DNA of 64,000 bases from an uncultured Cytophagia bacterium. GTDB lineage: Bacteria > Zhuqueibacterota > Zhuqueibacteria > Residuimicrobiales > Residuimicrobiaceae. Where the stretch lies: the NCBI GenBank assembly GCA_964436305.1, contig CAYTCI010000003.1:22350-86349 (forward strand), written 5' to 3'. Under the pieces are notes generated by a model, which was not told the origin of the DNA, searched no databases, and worked only from the letters and a program-made list of their open reading frames with translations. A program made the position numbers and the translations under genes. Within the stretch, counting starts at the first letter, position 1; every line of letters begins with the position of its first letter. Of the stretch, positions 28,268 to 37,415 are shown in pieces.

Positions 28268-29316
28268 GGCGCCTCCCGGGCGAACGTGCCGGCTCCCTGG
28301 AGTTCAGCCAGGATTTCAGCGGCGGGGCGCAAGTCGGTCCGCCGTGCGGCGTGCGGCAGAGCGGGGCGCAGATATTTATCGAAACTGTATTTGGCCTTGG
28401 CGGTCAGGCTTTGCAGAAAGAAGCGGTCGAAGCGGTAGGTGAAGGAGGGGTCGAAATAGCAGTTCAGGGTGCATCCTTCACATACGGGCCGGCGTCCCTG
28501 CAGGGCGCGCTGTTGGCTGACCTCTGCTCCGCGCCAGACCTGCTCAAGCCCCGTCTCCAGCGGAATTCGTATGGCTTCCCGATGATAACACGGAAGGATC
28601 AGCTCGTTTTGCGGCGAGATCACCACAACGCCGTCGACCACACGGCAACGCGAGGCAGCCGTGCGGTTGCCGCCCTGGCGGCGCAACCGGTGCAGAGCGC
28701 GGTTAAGGTAAACGAAGGGTTGATTCGCGAAGGATTCGATCAACGCGAGATCCGCGGGCATCAGCTCGTGGTGCTGCCGGTGCGAAAAGACCGGATTGAC
28801 GATGAGGATCAGCCGCAGGCGCTGGCAGAATTCCACCAGGCGGGGAAGATGGGACAGGGTCTCGGCGCGCGCGGTGAAGAGGATGTCCGGTTTTTCGCCA
28901 AAGTGACGGGCCCGGTCGATGCTGGTCATCACCGCCTCGAAGCAAGCAACCCCGCGCAGCCGGTCGTGATCGCCGGCCGAGGCGGCGTCCAGTGAGAAAT
29001 GAAGAAAATCGACCTGCCCGGCGAGTTCGGCGGCGCGTTCCGGGTAGAGCAGGGTATTGGTGGTCAGGGTGGTGCGCAGTCCGGCGGTGCGGGCCAGCCG
29101 GAGCATCTGCGGCAGATCGGGGTGCAGCAAGGGCTCGCCGCCGGTGAAATCGACGAAGCGCAGCCCGAGGCGTGCCGCGGCGGCGAGATTGCGCGCCACA
29201 TCACTCCGCTGCGCGGGCGATCCTGCGGGCTGGCGCCAGATGTCGCAGATGGTGCAGCGGCTGTTGCAGCGCTCCGTGATATAATAATGCAGCAGCAGCG
29301 GAGGCAGCCAGGACAT
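28264..29316 (-). CDS. Radical SAM enzyme with C-terminal auxiliary Cys cluster (rSAM-3)
   Basis: Start reset from 29751 to ATG 29316 (GGAGG RBS). CNSRCTIC (CX3CX2C) at residues 17-24, GGEPLL motif, C-terminal CRVVDG...ILPC and CEGCTLNCY. Confidence 0.85.
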   Translation of the reverse strand: MSWLPPLLLHYYITERCNSRCTICDIWRQPAGSPAQRSDVARNLAAAARLGLRFVDFTGGEPLLHPDLPQMLRLARTAGLRTTLTTNTLLYPERAAELAGQVDFLHFSLDAASAGDHDRLRGVACFEAVMTSIDRARHFGEKPDILFTARAETLSHLPRLVEFCQRLRLILIVNPVFSHRQHHELMPADLALIESFANQPFVYLNRALHRLRRQGGNRTAASRCRVVDGVVVISPQNELILPCYHREAIRIPLETGLEQVWRGAEVSQQRALQGRRPVCEGCTLNCYFDPSFTYRFDRFFLQSLTAKAKYSFDKYLRPALPHAARRTDLRPAAEILAELQGAGTFAREAP

Positions 29317-29330
29317 GGTTCCTCCCGGGG

Positions 29331-30467
29331 TCAGGTCTGCATGGCCCGGCCGGGGTGCGCCGGGTAGTTCTGATCTTTCCAGCGGATGCGCCGGTCGAAG
29401 AGCAGCAGCGGCGGCAGGATCAGACTGTAGGCGAAATAAAAGAGTTCGAATGCGGGAAAATGGCGCAGCAGCGCACTCTGGCCGGTCTGGCGAGTCATCT
29501 TGCGGCACAGAACCCAGTCGCAGGCCCAGAGGATCATGAGCGCCAGCAGGCCGGCCGGCTTTCCGCACACCAGCACCGCCAGGGTGGCGAGGTGACAGCC
29601 ATAGCTGATCGCCATCAACAGCTTGCCGAAGGGTCGCACCTGGCGGATGCCAAGCGCCCAGCGGCGGCGCTGGTAATAGAAGGCGGGCAGTGTGGTCACC
29701 GGCAGACTGGTGACTGCCGCACCCTGTGCGGTGGTGATGCGCACCTGCCACGGACTGGAACGCGAGATCGCATCGAGGAGGGCGAAATCCTCGATGAGAC
29801 TGGGGCCAAGGGCCGGATAGCCGCCGACCGCGAGATAGGCACTGCGGCGGAAGGCCATGTTATTCCCCATCCAGCTGAGTGGCTTGCCGAGGCGGATCGC
29901 GGCGGCTGCGATGCCGAGGAGGTAGAGTCCATCCAGGGCCTGGACGGCTGCGAATATGGGGCGGCGGCCGATCCGGGGATCCAGCAGGGTCAGGCCGCCG
30001 ACCAGACCAGCCTCAGGCGTAAAGGCGGCGAGCAGCTGACGAATCCAGCCTGGCGGGACCTGGCAATCTGCATCGGTGACGAAGAGAACCTCGCCGCGGC
30101 TCTCACAGATGCCGGCATAGACAGCGCCGGCCTTGCCCGGCAGTGTTTTTTCACCGCGGGCCAGATAGAGTGCTCGTACCTGCGGATGGGCCGTACAGAA
30201 GGCCTGCAGCAGCCGGTCTGAGCCGTCGCTCGAATCGTCGTCGATGAAAAAGATCTCGAGTTTGTCGGCCGGATAGTCAAGGGCGACGAGCGAGTCAAGG
30301 CAGGCGGCCAGGTGCGGCGCTTCATTGCGGATGGCGATGATCACGCTCACCAGTGGCTCCCAGGGCGGCTGCTCCGCATCCCCGGCGAAGAGGCCCTCCA
30401 GCTGGCGGCTCAAGACGACCACCATCGCGGCATAGAGGCCGCAGAGGATGAGCAGCAGGACCGACAA
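29331..30467 (-). CDS. Polytopic family-2 glycosyltransferase, paralog E
   Basis: N-terminal TM helix, VSVIIAIRNE, FIDDDSSDGS, FVTDADC, IEDFALL, QRRRW, C-terminal TM bundle ending RIRWKD. Start is uncertain: TTG 30467 (GGAAGGA RBS, 1 nt after the upstream stop) is preferred over ATG 30566, which would overlap the upstream gene by 98 nt. Confidence 0.8.
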   Translation of the reverse strand: MSVLLLILCGLYAAMVVVLSRQLEGLFAGDAEQPPWEPLVSVIIAIRNEAPHLAACLDSLVALDYPADKLEIFFIDDDSSDGSDRLLQAFCTAHPQVRALYLARGEKTLPGKAGAVYAGICESRGEVLFVTDADCQVPPGWIRQLLAAFTPEAGLVGGLTLLDPRIGRRPIFAAVQALDGLYLLGIAAAAIRLGKPLSWMGNNMAFRRSAYLAVGGYPALGPSLIEDFALLDAISRSSPWQVRITTAQGAAVTSLPVTTLPAFYYQRRRWALGIRQVRPFGKLLMAISYGCHLATLAVLVCGKPAGLLALMILWACDWVLCRKMTRQTGQSALLRHFPAFELFYFAYSLILPPLLLFDRRIRWKDQNYPAHPGRAMQT

Positions 30468-30468
30468 A

Positions 30469-31227
30469 TCAGTTTCCTTCCTGATGGCTCTGGAGGCGCA
30501 TGACGACCCGCTGGCCCGCTGGCCCGAACTGCAACAGCAGCGGGAGATTAGCCGGGGGCGGTCCAAGGCAGACGGTCAGCATCCCCTCCGGCCGGGCGAT
30601 GCGGTTGGTCAGCAGGTCGGTCTTCCAGGCTCGCGCCGCTGTGCTGCCGCTGCGGCTGAAACGCAGCACCACCTGCCGCACGCTGACCTTGCCGTCGGGG
30701 CCCTGGAGTTCACCGCCCTCAAGCACCCGGCCGCTGGCGATCCATGCCTGACTTTCGATATCGAGTGCAAAAGCGACCGAATCACCGACGGCGGGAGAGC
30801 GCTGCCGCAGCTGGAAGAGCATGGTGAAGAGGTCCATGGCATCGGCGAGGAAGGGCCAGACGCCCAGGCTGCCGCCCTGCGCGAGCCGCGTCGTCCGGTC
30901 GTAATGGATCTCGAGGGTCTGTTCGAGATTGCTCTGATCGATCCGTTTGCGTACCGTCAGGGGCAAGCCGGTGTGCGGATCGATCTCGGTCTGGTAGAGA
31001 TTGTGGATGGAGAAGAGCAGGCTGGTGAGTCTTTTGGTATCGATGCGGGCCTCGATCCGCTGCGGATCGCCGGGTACGAAGCGGATGACCGCCTCGGCCG
31101 CGCCGATTCCCTTGAAGGAGAGGGAAAAACCGAGGGTTTCGTTCCGGTCGGGCGGCAGCGCCGATTGGGAATGCGCACAGAGGGGCAGCAGACAGAGCGC
31201 CATGCAGATGCACCGCAGCCGGTTCAT
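30469..31227 (-). CDS. Secreted protein, DUF3108-like (family assignment tentative)
   Basis: 252 aa. Signal peptide MNRLRCICMALCLLPLCAHS. Beta-rich composition. ATGA overlap with the upstream radical SAM gene (31224-31227). Confidence 0.55.
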   Translation of the reverse strand: MNRLRCICMALCLLPLCAHSQSALPPDRNETLGFSLSFKGIGAAEAVIRFVPGDPQRIEARIDTKRLTSLLFSIHNLYQTEIDPHTGLPLTVRKRIDQSNLEQTLEIHYDRTTRLAQGGSLGVWPFLADAMDLFTMLFQLRQRSPAVGDSVAFALDIESQAWIASGRVLEGGELQGPDGKVSVRQVVLRFSRSGSTAARAWKTDLLTNRIARPEGMLTVCLGPPPANLPLLLQFGPAGQRVVMRLQSHQEGN

Positions 31228-32282
31228 GACCGCCGCCGCTGCATGCGCAAAATTTTGCGGGCGTTATCCAGCGCCTCGCCGAGCGAGCGCGGATGGACCA
31301 GCAGATAGCGCTGGGTGTAGCAGGTGGTCCAGCAGCCGCGGCATGCCCGGTAGGCCGCCAGCCGTTCACGATAGGCCGGACTCGAAAAGATCTCCCGCAT
31401 AGAGGATTGGCGGAGGTTGCCGACCGGACCGCCCCAGCAGAGGTGGAGATCCCCGTTCTCCATGATGGTAGTCCGGCTGCTGAGAAAACGCGAGGCGACG
31501 AAGGGACACGGTGTGGTTTCGCCCTGGCGGACAAAGGATTCCACTCCGCGCACCCAGGCATTGAGATTGAGGATGTCGGGATTGCGGTCGAGGAAGGCCG
31601 CCAGCCGCGTCAGGCGCTCGCCGGGCTGCACCGCGAGATCATCGTCATCGCGCGTGGTTTCGGTCAGGTGGTGGTAGAGGCCGATGGTTGCTTTCCAGCC
31701 GATGCGTTTGGCCGTGGCGATGAGTTCGGGCACCTGATCGAGATTGAGATCGCTGAGGACGATGTTGCAATAGAGCAGGGAGCGTGAGCCGCCGCGCATG
31801 GCCGAAATCATCTCCATGTGCCGCAATACGGTGGCGCTGAAATCCCTGGCGCCGCGCAGTCGATCCCCGATTTCACCGAAGCCATCGAGTGAGGTCTGGA
31901 TATTAATGTTGTGGTCGAGGCAGAAGCGGCCGATCTCACGGATCCGCTCGTTGGTATTGTAGAGTCCGGTGACCAGGGTGGTCGCCACCGGGAAGGTCTT
32001 TTTCGCCTCGAGGAGGATTTCCGGCAGATCATGGACCAGCGTGGCTTCGCCTCCGGAAATAAAGCCGATATAGGCTCCGTACTGCTGCAGTTCGCGGGCG
32101 ATGCGGCGGAAACTGGCGAGATCCATGCTGGCCGGTTCGGTCGTGCGTTCGTAAACCTGGCACTGGCGGCAGCGCTGGGTGCAAAGGCGGGTGAGGCGCA
32201 CCTCGGTACTCGAGTTGAGGGGGCGCCGGTCCCAGGCGTGCGAGAGGATGGCGGGTCCTTTTTTGACGAGATGTGGGATCAT
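31224..32282 (-). CDS. Radical SAM enzyme with C-terminal auxiliary Cys cluster (rSAM-2)
   Basis: Start reset from 32444 to ATG 32282 (ATGA overlap with the GT2-D stop). CTQRCRQC motif, SGGEATL, C-terminal CPFV...GDLHLC and CRGCWTTCY, paralogous to rSAM-3. Confidence 0.85.
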   Translation of the reverse strand: MIPHLVKKGPAILSHAWDRRPLNSSTEVRLTRLCTQRCRQCQVYERTTEPASMDLASFRRIARELQQYGAYIGFISGGEATLVHDLPEILLEAKKTFPVATTLVTGLYNTNERIREIGRFCLDHNINIQTSLDGFGEIGDRLRGARDFSATVLRHMEMISAMRGGSRSLLYCNIVLSDLNLDQVPELIATAKRIGWKATIGLYHHLTETTRDDDDLAVQPGERLTRLAAFLDRNPDILNLNAWVRGVESFVRQGETTPCPFVASRFLSSRTTIMENGDLHLCWGGPVGNLRQSSMREIFSSPAYRERLAAYRACRGCWTTCYTQRYLLVHPRSLGEALDNARKILRMQRRRS

Positions 32283-33433
32283 AGGGCGGCTGCGTGTTTG
32301 CGGTCTTTCCATTTGAAATTGCCGAAGGTGCCCATCAAGCCGACGAAGGTGATGTAGGGGATCTGAGCGAGAAACCAGAGCGGGAACCAGCGCAACAAAT
32401 CCGTGCGATGGTAGCGGCGGGCGCAGGTCCAGCTGATCACCCATTCTCCCGCCAGTTTGCCGGCGAGAGCGAGGGCGAAGAGGCCGAGGTGGCGGTGCAG
32501 CACGAGGGCGAACGGCAGGCCCAGGCAGAGGGCTGCGGTAAAGAGATAAACCATCACCAGATAGGCGAAGAAGGGGCGGTTGAGAAAAAGCTGGAAAGAG
32601 CCATTGGAGGCCCAGCGTTTGCGCTGGTTGATCAATTCGCCGAGGGTTGGCTGGGGAGCCGAGCTGGCGAAGGCCGCCGGTTCGGCGGCGAAGACGATGC
32701 GGCCGCCGGTGTGGGTACGCATGAGCTGCAGCAGCAGCACGTCGTCGCCGGAGACGCGGTGGGCGACCCGGCTGTAGCCGCCGACCGCCAGAAAAGCCTG
32801 GCGGAGAAAAGCGAGGTTCTGCCCGGAAGCCGAGAGCGGCAGTCCGAGGTTGCAGCTGCCCTCAGCGACCCCCATCAGCGGGATAAAGTCCATAGCCTGC
32901 AGGCGCTCGATGGTGTTCTGCGGCTCACCACGGCGGCCGTACTGCGAGAAGCCGATGACGAAGCAGACGCCCGGAAGAAAGTAACGGGCCATGGTTTCGG
33001 CCCAGTGTTTTCCGAGGCGGCAATCGGCATCGGTGGCGAGGATGATCTCACCCCGTGCCCGGTCGATGGCCTGCTGCAGGGCATATTTTTTGGGGCTCCA
33101 GCCGGCGGGTGTCTCGGTGATGGAGAGCAGCTGGATGAAAGAATAATGTTCCATGCGGCTGCGCACGATCTCCGCCGTGCGGTCGCTGGAGCCGTCGTCG
33201 GCGATGATGATTTCGTAGCGTTCGGCCGGGTATTCCTGGCTGGCGAGGTCATCGAGCAGGGCGCCGATGCCGCACTCTTCATTGCGGGCGGCGACGACGA
33301 CCGTGACGGCCGGCAGATCCGCCCGGCCGGGCACGGCGGGGCGGCGGAGGCCGATCAAAAAGAGCAGAATGGTGAGCAGATAGAGGGCTGCCAGCACGAG
33401 GGTGATGCAGGCGAAAAGGGTCATGAAGGACAT
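32279..33433 (-). CDS. Polytopic family-2 glycosyltransferase, paralog D
   Basis: N-terminal TM helix, VTVVVAARNEE, IADDGSSD, LATDADC, VSGDDVLLL, QRKRW, C-terminal TM bundle ending NFKWKD. Confidence 0.85.
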   Translation of the reverse strand: MSFMTLFACITLVLAALYLLTILLFLIGLRRPAVPGRADLPAVTVVVAARNEECGIGALLDDLASQEYPAERYEIIIADDGSSDRTAEIVRSRMEHYSFIQLLSITETPAGWSPKKYALQQAIDRARGEIILATDADCRLGKHWAETMARYFLPGVCFVIGFSQYGRRGEPQNTIERLQAMDFIPLMGVAEGSCNLGLPLSASGQNLAFLRQAFLAVGGYSRVAHRVSGDDVLLLQLMRTHTGGRIVFAAEPAAFASSAPQPTLGELINQRKRWASNGSFQLFLNRPFFAYLVMVYLFTAALCLGLPFALVLHRHLGLFALALAGKLAGEWVISWTCARRYHRTDLLRWFPLWFLAQIPYITFVGLMGTFGNFKWKDRKHAAAL

Positions 33434-33437
33434 GGGG

Positions 33438-34580
33438 TCAGGCTCCCGCCGGCGCTGCGGATGCGGCCGTCTCTTTCCAGTGGATCCGGCTCAACGGCCC
33501 GAGGGCGCCGAAGAGGACGACATAGCCGGCGTGCAGAATTTCTGCCAGGGGGAAGATCCAGAGAAAGTGCAGCCGGCGCATCGGTTTTGCAAAGTGAACC
33601 AGCAGCAACAGCTCGGCAGCACTCTTGCCGGCCCACGCCAGCCATGGGCGGGGATCGACCGGGGATTGGCAGAGACTCTGGATGGCCCCGGCGAGCAGCA
33701 GCAGGTTGAAAAGCCAGGCGAGGGCGAGCACCGAGGTCATTTTAATCCCATAGTGGAAGCCCTTGGAGGCATGGCGCAAGCGCTGGCGGAAAAAGGCGCG
33801 GCCGCTGGTGAGCAACCGGGTTGGCACGATCGCCTCCGGGGTGAGGGCGTAGTGTACCTGCCAGCGTGTCCGCTCAAGCACGAGCTTGAGGAAGAGGTCG
33901 TCGTCGCCGGAGATGAAGCCGGCGATCGGTGCGAAACCATCGACCTCCGTCCAGACGGTTTTACGGTAGCCCAGATTGCGGCCGCTGCAGGTCGCCGGCC
34001 GCCGCCAGCCGCTGGTGGCGGCCGCCAGGGCGGCCAGCGAGAGGGACTCGAGGGCGAGAAAGCGCTCCCCCAGGCTGCGTGGCGGCGGGATTTCATACGG
34101 CGAGTAGCCGATCACCATACCGACCTCCGGGGTGAAGCAGGCCTGCAGGGCGGAGATCCAGGTAGGGAGCGGCAGGCAATCGGCGTCCGTGAAGAGGAGA
34201 ATCTCACCCCGTGCCGCAGCGATGCCCTGGGCGAGGGCGTGCTTTTTCGGCGAGATTACCTGCTCGCGTCCCTGGCTGTGGATCAGGCGCAGCGGCGAGC
34301 CGGGATGGCTGCACTGCCAGGCGAGAAACTGTTCGACGGTCGTATCGTTCGAGGCATCATCGATGATCACGATCTCGTACCGGTCACGCGGATACTCCTG
34401 GCGGTCGAGGGCCTCGAGCAGGGGTGTGATATGCGCCGCCTCATTGCGTGCAGCGATCAGCACAGAGATGAAGGGCTGTTCTGCGGAGGTGGGCGGCGAT
34501 TTTAGCCGCCGCAGGCCCTGGACGATGAAGAGCAGTGCGACGATGTAGAGGATGGTGAGGGCGAGCAGCAAGGGAATCAT
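33438..34580 (-). CDS. Polytopic family-2 glycosyltransferase, paralog C
   Basis: N-terminal TM helix, ISVLIAARNE, IIDDASND, LFTDADC, ISGDDDLFL. The QxxRW position reads RQRLRH. C-terminus ends RIHWKE. Confidence 0.85.
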   Translation of the reverse strand: MIPLLLALTILYIVALLFIVQGLRRLKSPPTSAEQPFISVLIAARNEAAHITPLLEALDRQEYPRDRYEIVIIDDASNDTTVEQFLAWQCSHPGSPLRLIHSQGREQVISPKKHALAQGIAAARGEILLFTDADCLPLPTWISALQACFTPEVGMVIGYSPYEIPPPRSLGERFLALESLSLAALAAATSGWRRPATCSGRNLGYRKTVWTEVDGFAPIAGFISGDDDLFLKLVLERTRWQVHYALTPEAIVPTRLLTSGRAFFRQRLRHASKGFHYGIKMTSVLALAWLFNLLLLAGAIQSLCQSPVDPRPWLAWAGKSAAELLLLVHFAKPMRRLHFLWIFPLAEILHAGYVVLFGALGPLSRIHWKETAASAAPAGA

Positions 34581-34589
34581 CAGACGGGA

Positions 34590-36173
34590 CTAGTAGTTAT
34601 AGGAGACTTCGAAACGGGCCAGGTGATCCCCGGCGGTGCGGCCCGCGATCCGGCCCGCATTGCGGCTGGAGACATGGGTGTAGGCGATCGAGACAAAGAG
34701 ATCGCGCCGAAGCTGGTCCTGGATGCGAAAGCCGGTCAGGTATTTTTTTTCCACCAGGCCGTTGAGGAAGTGCTTGGTCGTCCCCTTGCCGGGGCGGGCC
34801 TGGGTATCGGCCACGCCCTCGCCCTTGCGGATGCGCTCAAAAGTGGCCTCCAGGCGGAGATCCCGGCCAAGCTGATAGCCCGCCAGCAAAAAGGCCGAGT
34901 CCGAGTTGGGGCCCAGCCAGTGGCCGATGACCTTGTCATAGTGGGTGTAGATGTTGATCGAATCGTGGTGGGCGTAGACGAAGGGTTCAACCCGGCTGTA
35001 TTCCAGCCGCAGGTCCAGATTTCTGGCCCCGAGTGGATCGCTCCAGAGCGCGCCGGTCAGAAAAGCGAATTTGTTGCCATAGTAGCGGGTCAGGCTTTCG
35101 GTGGAGGTCATGTCGTCAATAAAGTACTCCGCATAGAGGCGGGCACCGGGCAGCAGGGTGCAGCTGAGATTCAAAAAGAGGGTATTGTTGTCACGGTCGC
35201 CGAGATGATGTTCGGCGATATGGTAGAGCATGAGCGGATTGAGATAATCCATTTCGATATCGCGGCTGCCATAGACGACGGTTTCGCCGCCACCGAGCTG
35301 GAGCCCGGGCCGGAGGAGAAAGTCGATCCGGTGCGCGGCCATATATTTGGCGCCCAGCGGGCTGCGCAGGAAGAGATGGGCGCTGCTGAACGCGAAACGG
35401 CGGAAGCGGCTCGAGAGGCGGATCATATCGGCGGGCGGCATGTTGCGGGTGAGGGCCAGTCCGCTGTGAAATCCCGGCCCCCAGTCGATCTCGTCGCGGC
35501 CCACCTGAATGCGCAGCCAGGGCTTTTCCCAGATAAAGTAGGCGATGGCCCGGTCGCGGAAAACATTGGGGCCGGAAACCGTCACGGGTGAGCCCTTCGA
35601 GACGTCATAGTTTTCATCCTGGTCGCTGACGCTTTTTTCGCCGCGGGTGACGGCATTGCGGGCGTCGGCATAAAAGCCGAGCACGCCGCCGAGGTTGCCG
35701 CGCAGGATCGCCCCGAGTGTGCCCTCGCTCAGGAGATCCGCGGGCTGATAGCTGCCACCGCGGTTGGAGATGACGCTGACGCTGCTATAGAGGTCGATGA
35801 AGGCCTGGCTGGTGCCCTCCTGCCAGCGGGCGGAATGGAGCTCGCCTGGCTTGGCGGTCACGGCCGGGGTCATCGCCCCGAGTTCATCCGCGAAATCGCC
35901 CCTGAGCTGTTCCAGCAGCCGCCGGTCCGTCTGCGAGAGCAGGCCGGGTTTTTCTGCGGTACGCGCATCAATCGCCGTAATGAGTTTCGCCACCTGGGTG
36001 CGATTGAGCGGGCGGTCAAGGAGCGCCAGGGATTTGAAGAGCCCCTTGGCCTCCATGCGCTCGAGAAATCCATAGCCCCAATAGTCCAGCGGGACATGGA
36101 CACTCTGCGCGAGCACCGGCAGGGCGCAGAGGAGCAAAAGCAGGCTGAGGCGGCTGGATTTCATCGGAACCAT
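34590..36173 (-). CDS. Capsule-assembly Wzi-like outer-membrane protein
   Basis: Signal peptide ...LLLLCALPVLAQS. N-terminal PLDYWGYGFLERMEAKGLFKSLALLDRPLNRTQVAKLI matches the Wzi-family helical N-domain pattern. Beta-strand-rich remainder ends in the aromatic FEVSYNY. Confidence 0.65.
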   Translation of the reverse strand: MVPMKSSRLSLLLLLCALPVLAQSVHVPLDYWGYGFLERMEAKGLFKSLALLDRPLNRTQVAKLITAIDARTAEKPGLLSQTDRRLLEQLRGDFADELGAMTPAVTAKPGELHSARWQEGTSQAFIDLYSSVSVISNRGGSYQPADLLSEGTLGAILRGNLGGVLGFYADARNAVTRGEKSVSDQDENYDVSKGSPVTVSGPNVFRDRAIAYFIWEKPWLRIQVGRDEIDWGPGFHSGLALTRNMPPADMIRLSSRFRRFAFSSAHLFLRSPLGAKYMAAHRIDFLLRPGLQLGGGETVVYGSRDIEMDYLNPLMLYHIAEHHLGDRDNNTLFLNLSCTLLPGARLYAEYFIDDMTSTESLTRYYGNKFAFLTGALWSDPLGARNLDLRLEYSRVEPFVYAHHDSINIYTHYDKVIGHWLGPNSDSAFLLAGYQLGRDLRLEATFERIRKGEGVADTQARPGKGTTKHFLNGLVEKKYLTGFRIQDQLRRDLFVSIAYTHVSSRNAGRIAGRTAGDHLARFEVSYNY

Positions 36174-36231
36174 CTCTCAATGAGTGCAAGGCGGGTGGTG
36201 TCTGGCGGTGGAGCGCCGGAATTTGGAAAGG

Positions 36232-36259
36232 AATATATCAATAATGGCGTTCAATTCAA
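36232..36259 (-). promoter_or_regulatory. Candidate internal sigma70-like promoter in the only real intergenic gap of the operon
   Basis: On the minus strand: TTGAAT (36259-36254), 16-nt spacer, TATATT (36237-36232), about 60 nt upstream of the Wzi-like start. The promoter consensus of this lineage is unknown. Confidence 0.3.
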
Positions 36260-36269
36260 ATGATTTTCA

Positions 36270-37415
36270 TCATTGCGGCGCCGGGAGGCCGGCAAGACGG
36301 CCCTGGCGGTAGTGGCGCCCCTTCCAGGTAAAGCGGCCGAGGAGACCGAGAAGCCCGATCACCGGAATGTAGAGCAGGTGCAGGAGCGAGGCGAGGAAAA
36401 AGGCGCGCCAGTCCCAGCTGCGCCGGACCATGCGTACGCCGAAGCGCATCAGCAGGGCGTCGCCGGACCACTTGAGCACCAGCGCGGCGAGCGGGATCCA
36501 CAGCGGGAAGGAGAGAAGGAGCGCCAGGGGCGGGCCGAGCAGGAGAGCCAGATAGCTGAGAAAGAGGCCCGCTTCGACCGCCTTGATCCAGGCGGGATAG
36601 CAGGCGGACTTGGAGGCCCAGCGGATGCGCTGGCGGAAAAAATCACGCCATGAGGTACACGGGAAGGTGGTCACGCCAGCCTCGGGATCAGCGTTGAAGT
36701 GGATGGCACCGTGACGGGCCAGTTTCTGGATCAGCAGGTCATCGTCACCCGAGCCCATTTGCGCGAATCCGCCGTAGCCGCCGTTCTCGAGAAACAGCCG
36801 GCGGCGGAAGGCCAGATTGGCGCCATTGGCGATGAGAGGCCGGCGCCAGCCGATGGCCGCGGCGCCGACCAGTTGGAGGGCCAGGGCGTCAAGGAATTCG
36901 ATCCGCGCGGGCAGGCTTTTCTCTTCGGGAATCAGAACCCAGGCGGCGACAGCAGCGGTATCGCGTGCAAAGGCAGCACTCATTTTTTCCACCCAGTTCG
37001 GCGGTGTGGAGCAGTCCGCATCGAGGGTGAGGATGATCTCGCCGCCCGCGGCGGTGATGCCGGCAGCCAGGGCGGCCTTTTTCGGTGCATAGCCGGCCTC
37101 GGTCGCCGGTGCGCCCAGGATGCGGATGGACGGGAAGCGGGCGGCAATCCGCTCGACCGCGGCTCGCGTTCCATCCTCCGAATGATCATCGACCACCACC
37201 GTCTCGAGTAACTCACGCGGATAGCTCTGCTTCAGCAGGGTCCCGAGACAATAAGGGATGTTCTGTTCTTCATTGCGCGCGGCGATCACCACCGAGGCTT
37301 TGGGCAGGGTCTCACCGGCGCGCGGTCGATGCAGCCGTCGCAAACCGCTGAGGCTCCAGGCGATGAACAGGAGATAGAGGAGCGAAAGGAGGAGGTAGAA
37401 CAAGGGCGCGATCAT
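36270..37415 (-). CDS. Polytopic family-2 glycosyltransferase, paralog B
   Basis: Start reset from 38015 to ATG 37415 (ATGA overlap with the upstream stop). N-terminal TM helix, ASVVIAARNEE, VVDDHSEDGT, LTLDADC, GSGDDDLLI, QRIRW, C-terminus ends RFTWKG. Confidence 0.85.
   Translation of the reverse strand: MIAPLFYLLLSLLYLLFIAWSLSGLRRLHRPRAGETLPKASVVIAARNEEQNIPYCLGTLLKQSYPRELLETVVVDDHSEDGTRAAVERIAARFPSIRILGAPATEAGYAPKKAALAAGITAAGGEIILTLDADCSTPPNWVEKMSAAFARDTAAVAAWVLIPEEKSLPARIEFLDALALQLVGAAAIGWRRPLIANGANLAFRRRLFLENGGYGGFAQMGSGDDDLLIQKLARHGAIHFNADPEAGVTTFPCTSWRDFFRQRIRWASKSACYPAWIKAVEAGLFLSYLALLLGPPLALLLSFPLWIPLAALVLKWSGDALLMRFGVRMVRRSWDWRAFFLASLLHLLYIPVIGLLGLLGRFTWKGRHYRQGRLAGLPAPQ

Noticed and set aside
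28264-29751. N-terminal extensions of track ORFs: 28264-29751 (495 aa), 31224-32444, 36270-38015 (581 aa), 38364-39455, 1015-3867, 45052-45897, 45827-46507, 22750-23229
   Set aside because: The extensions overlap the upstream gene, are P/R/A/G-rich, and precede an internal ATG that has an RBS or an ATGA overlap. In the radical SAM cases that ATG also places the CX3CX2C motif at the usual N-proximal position. Shorter gene models were adopted.
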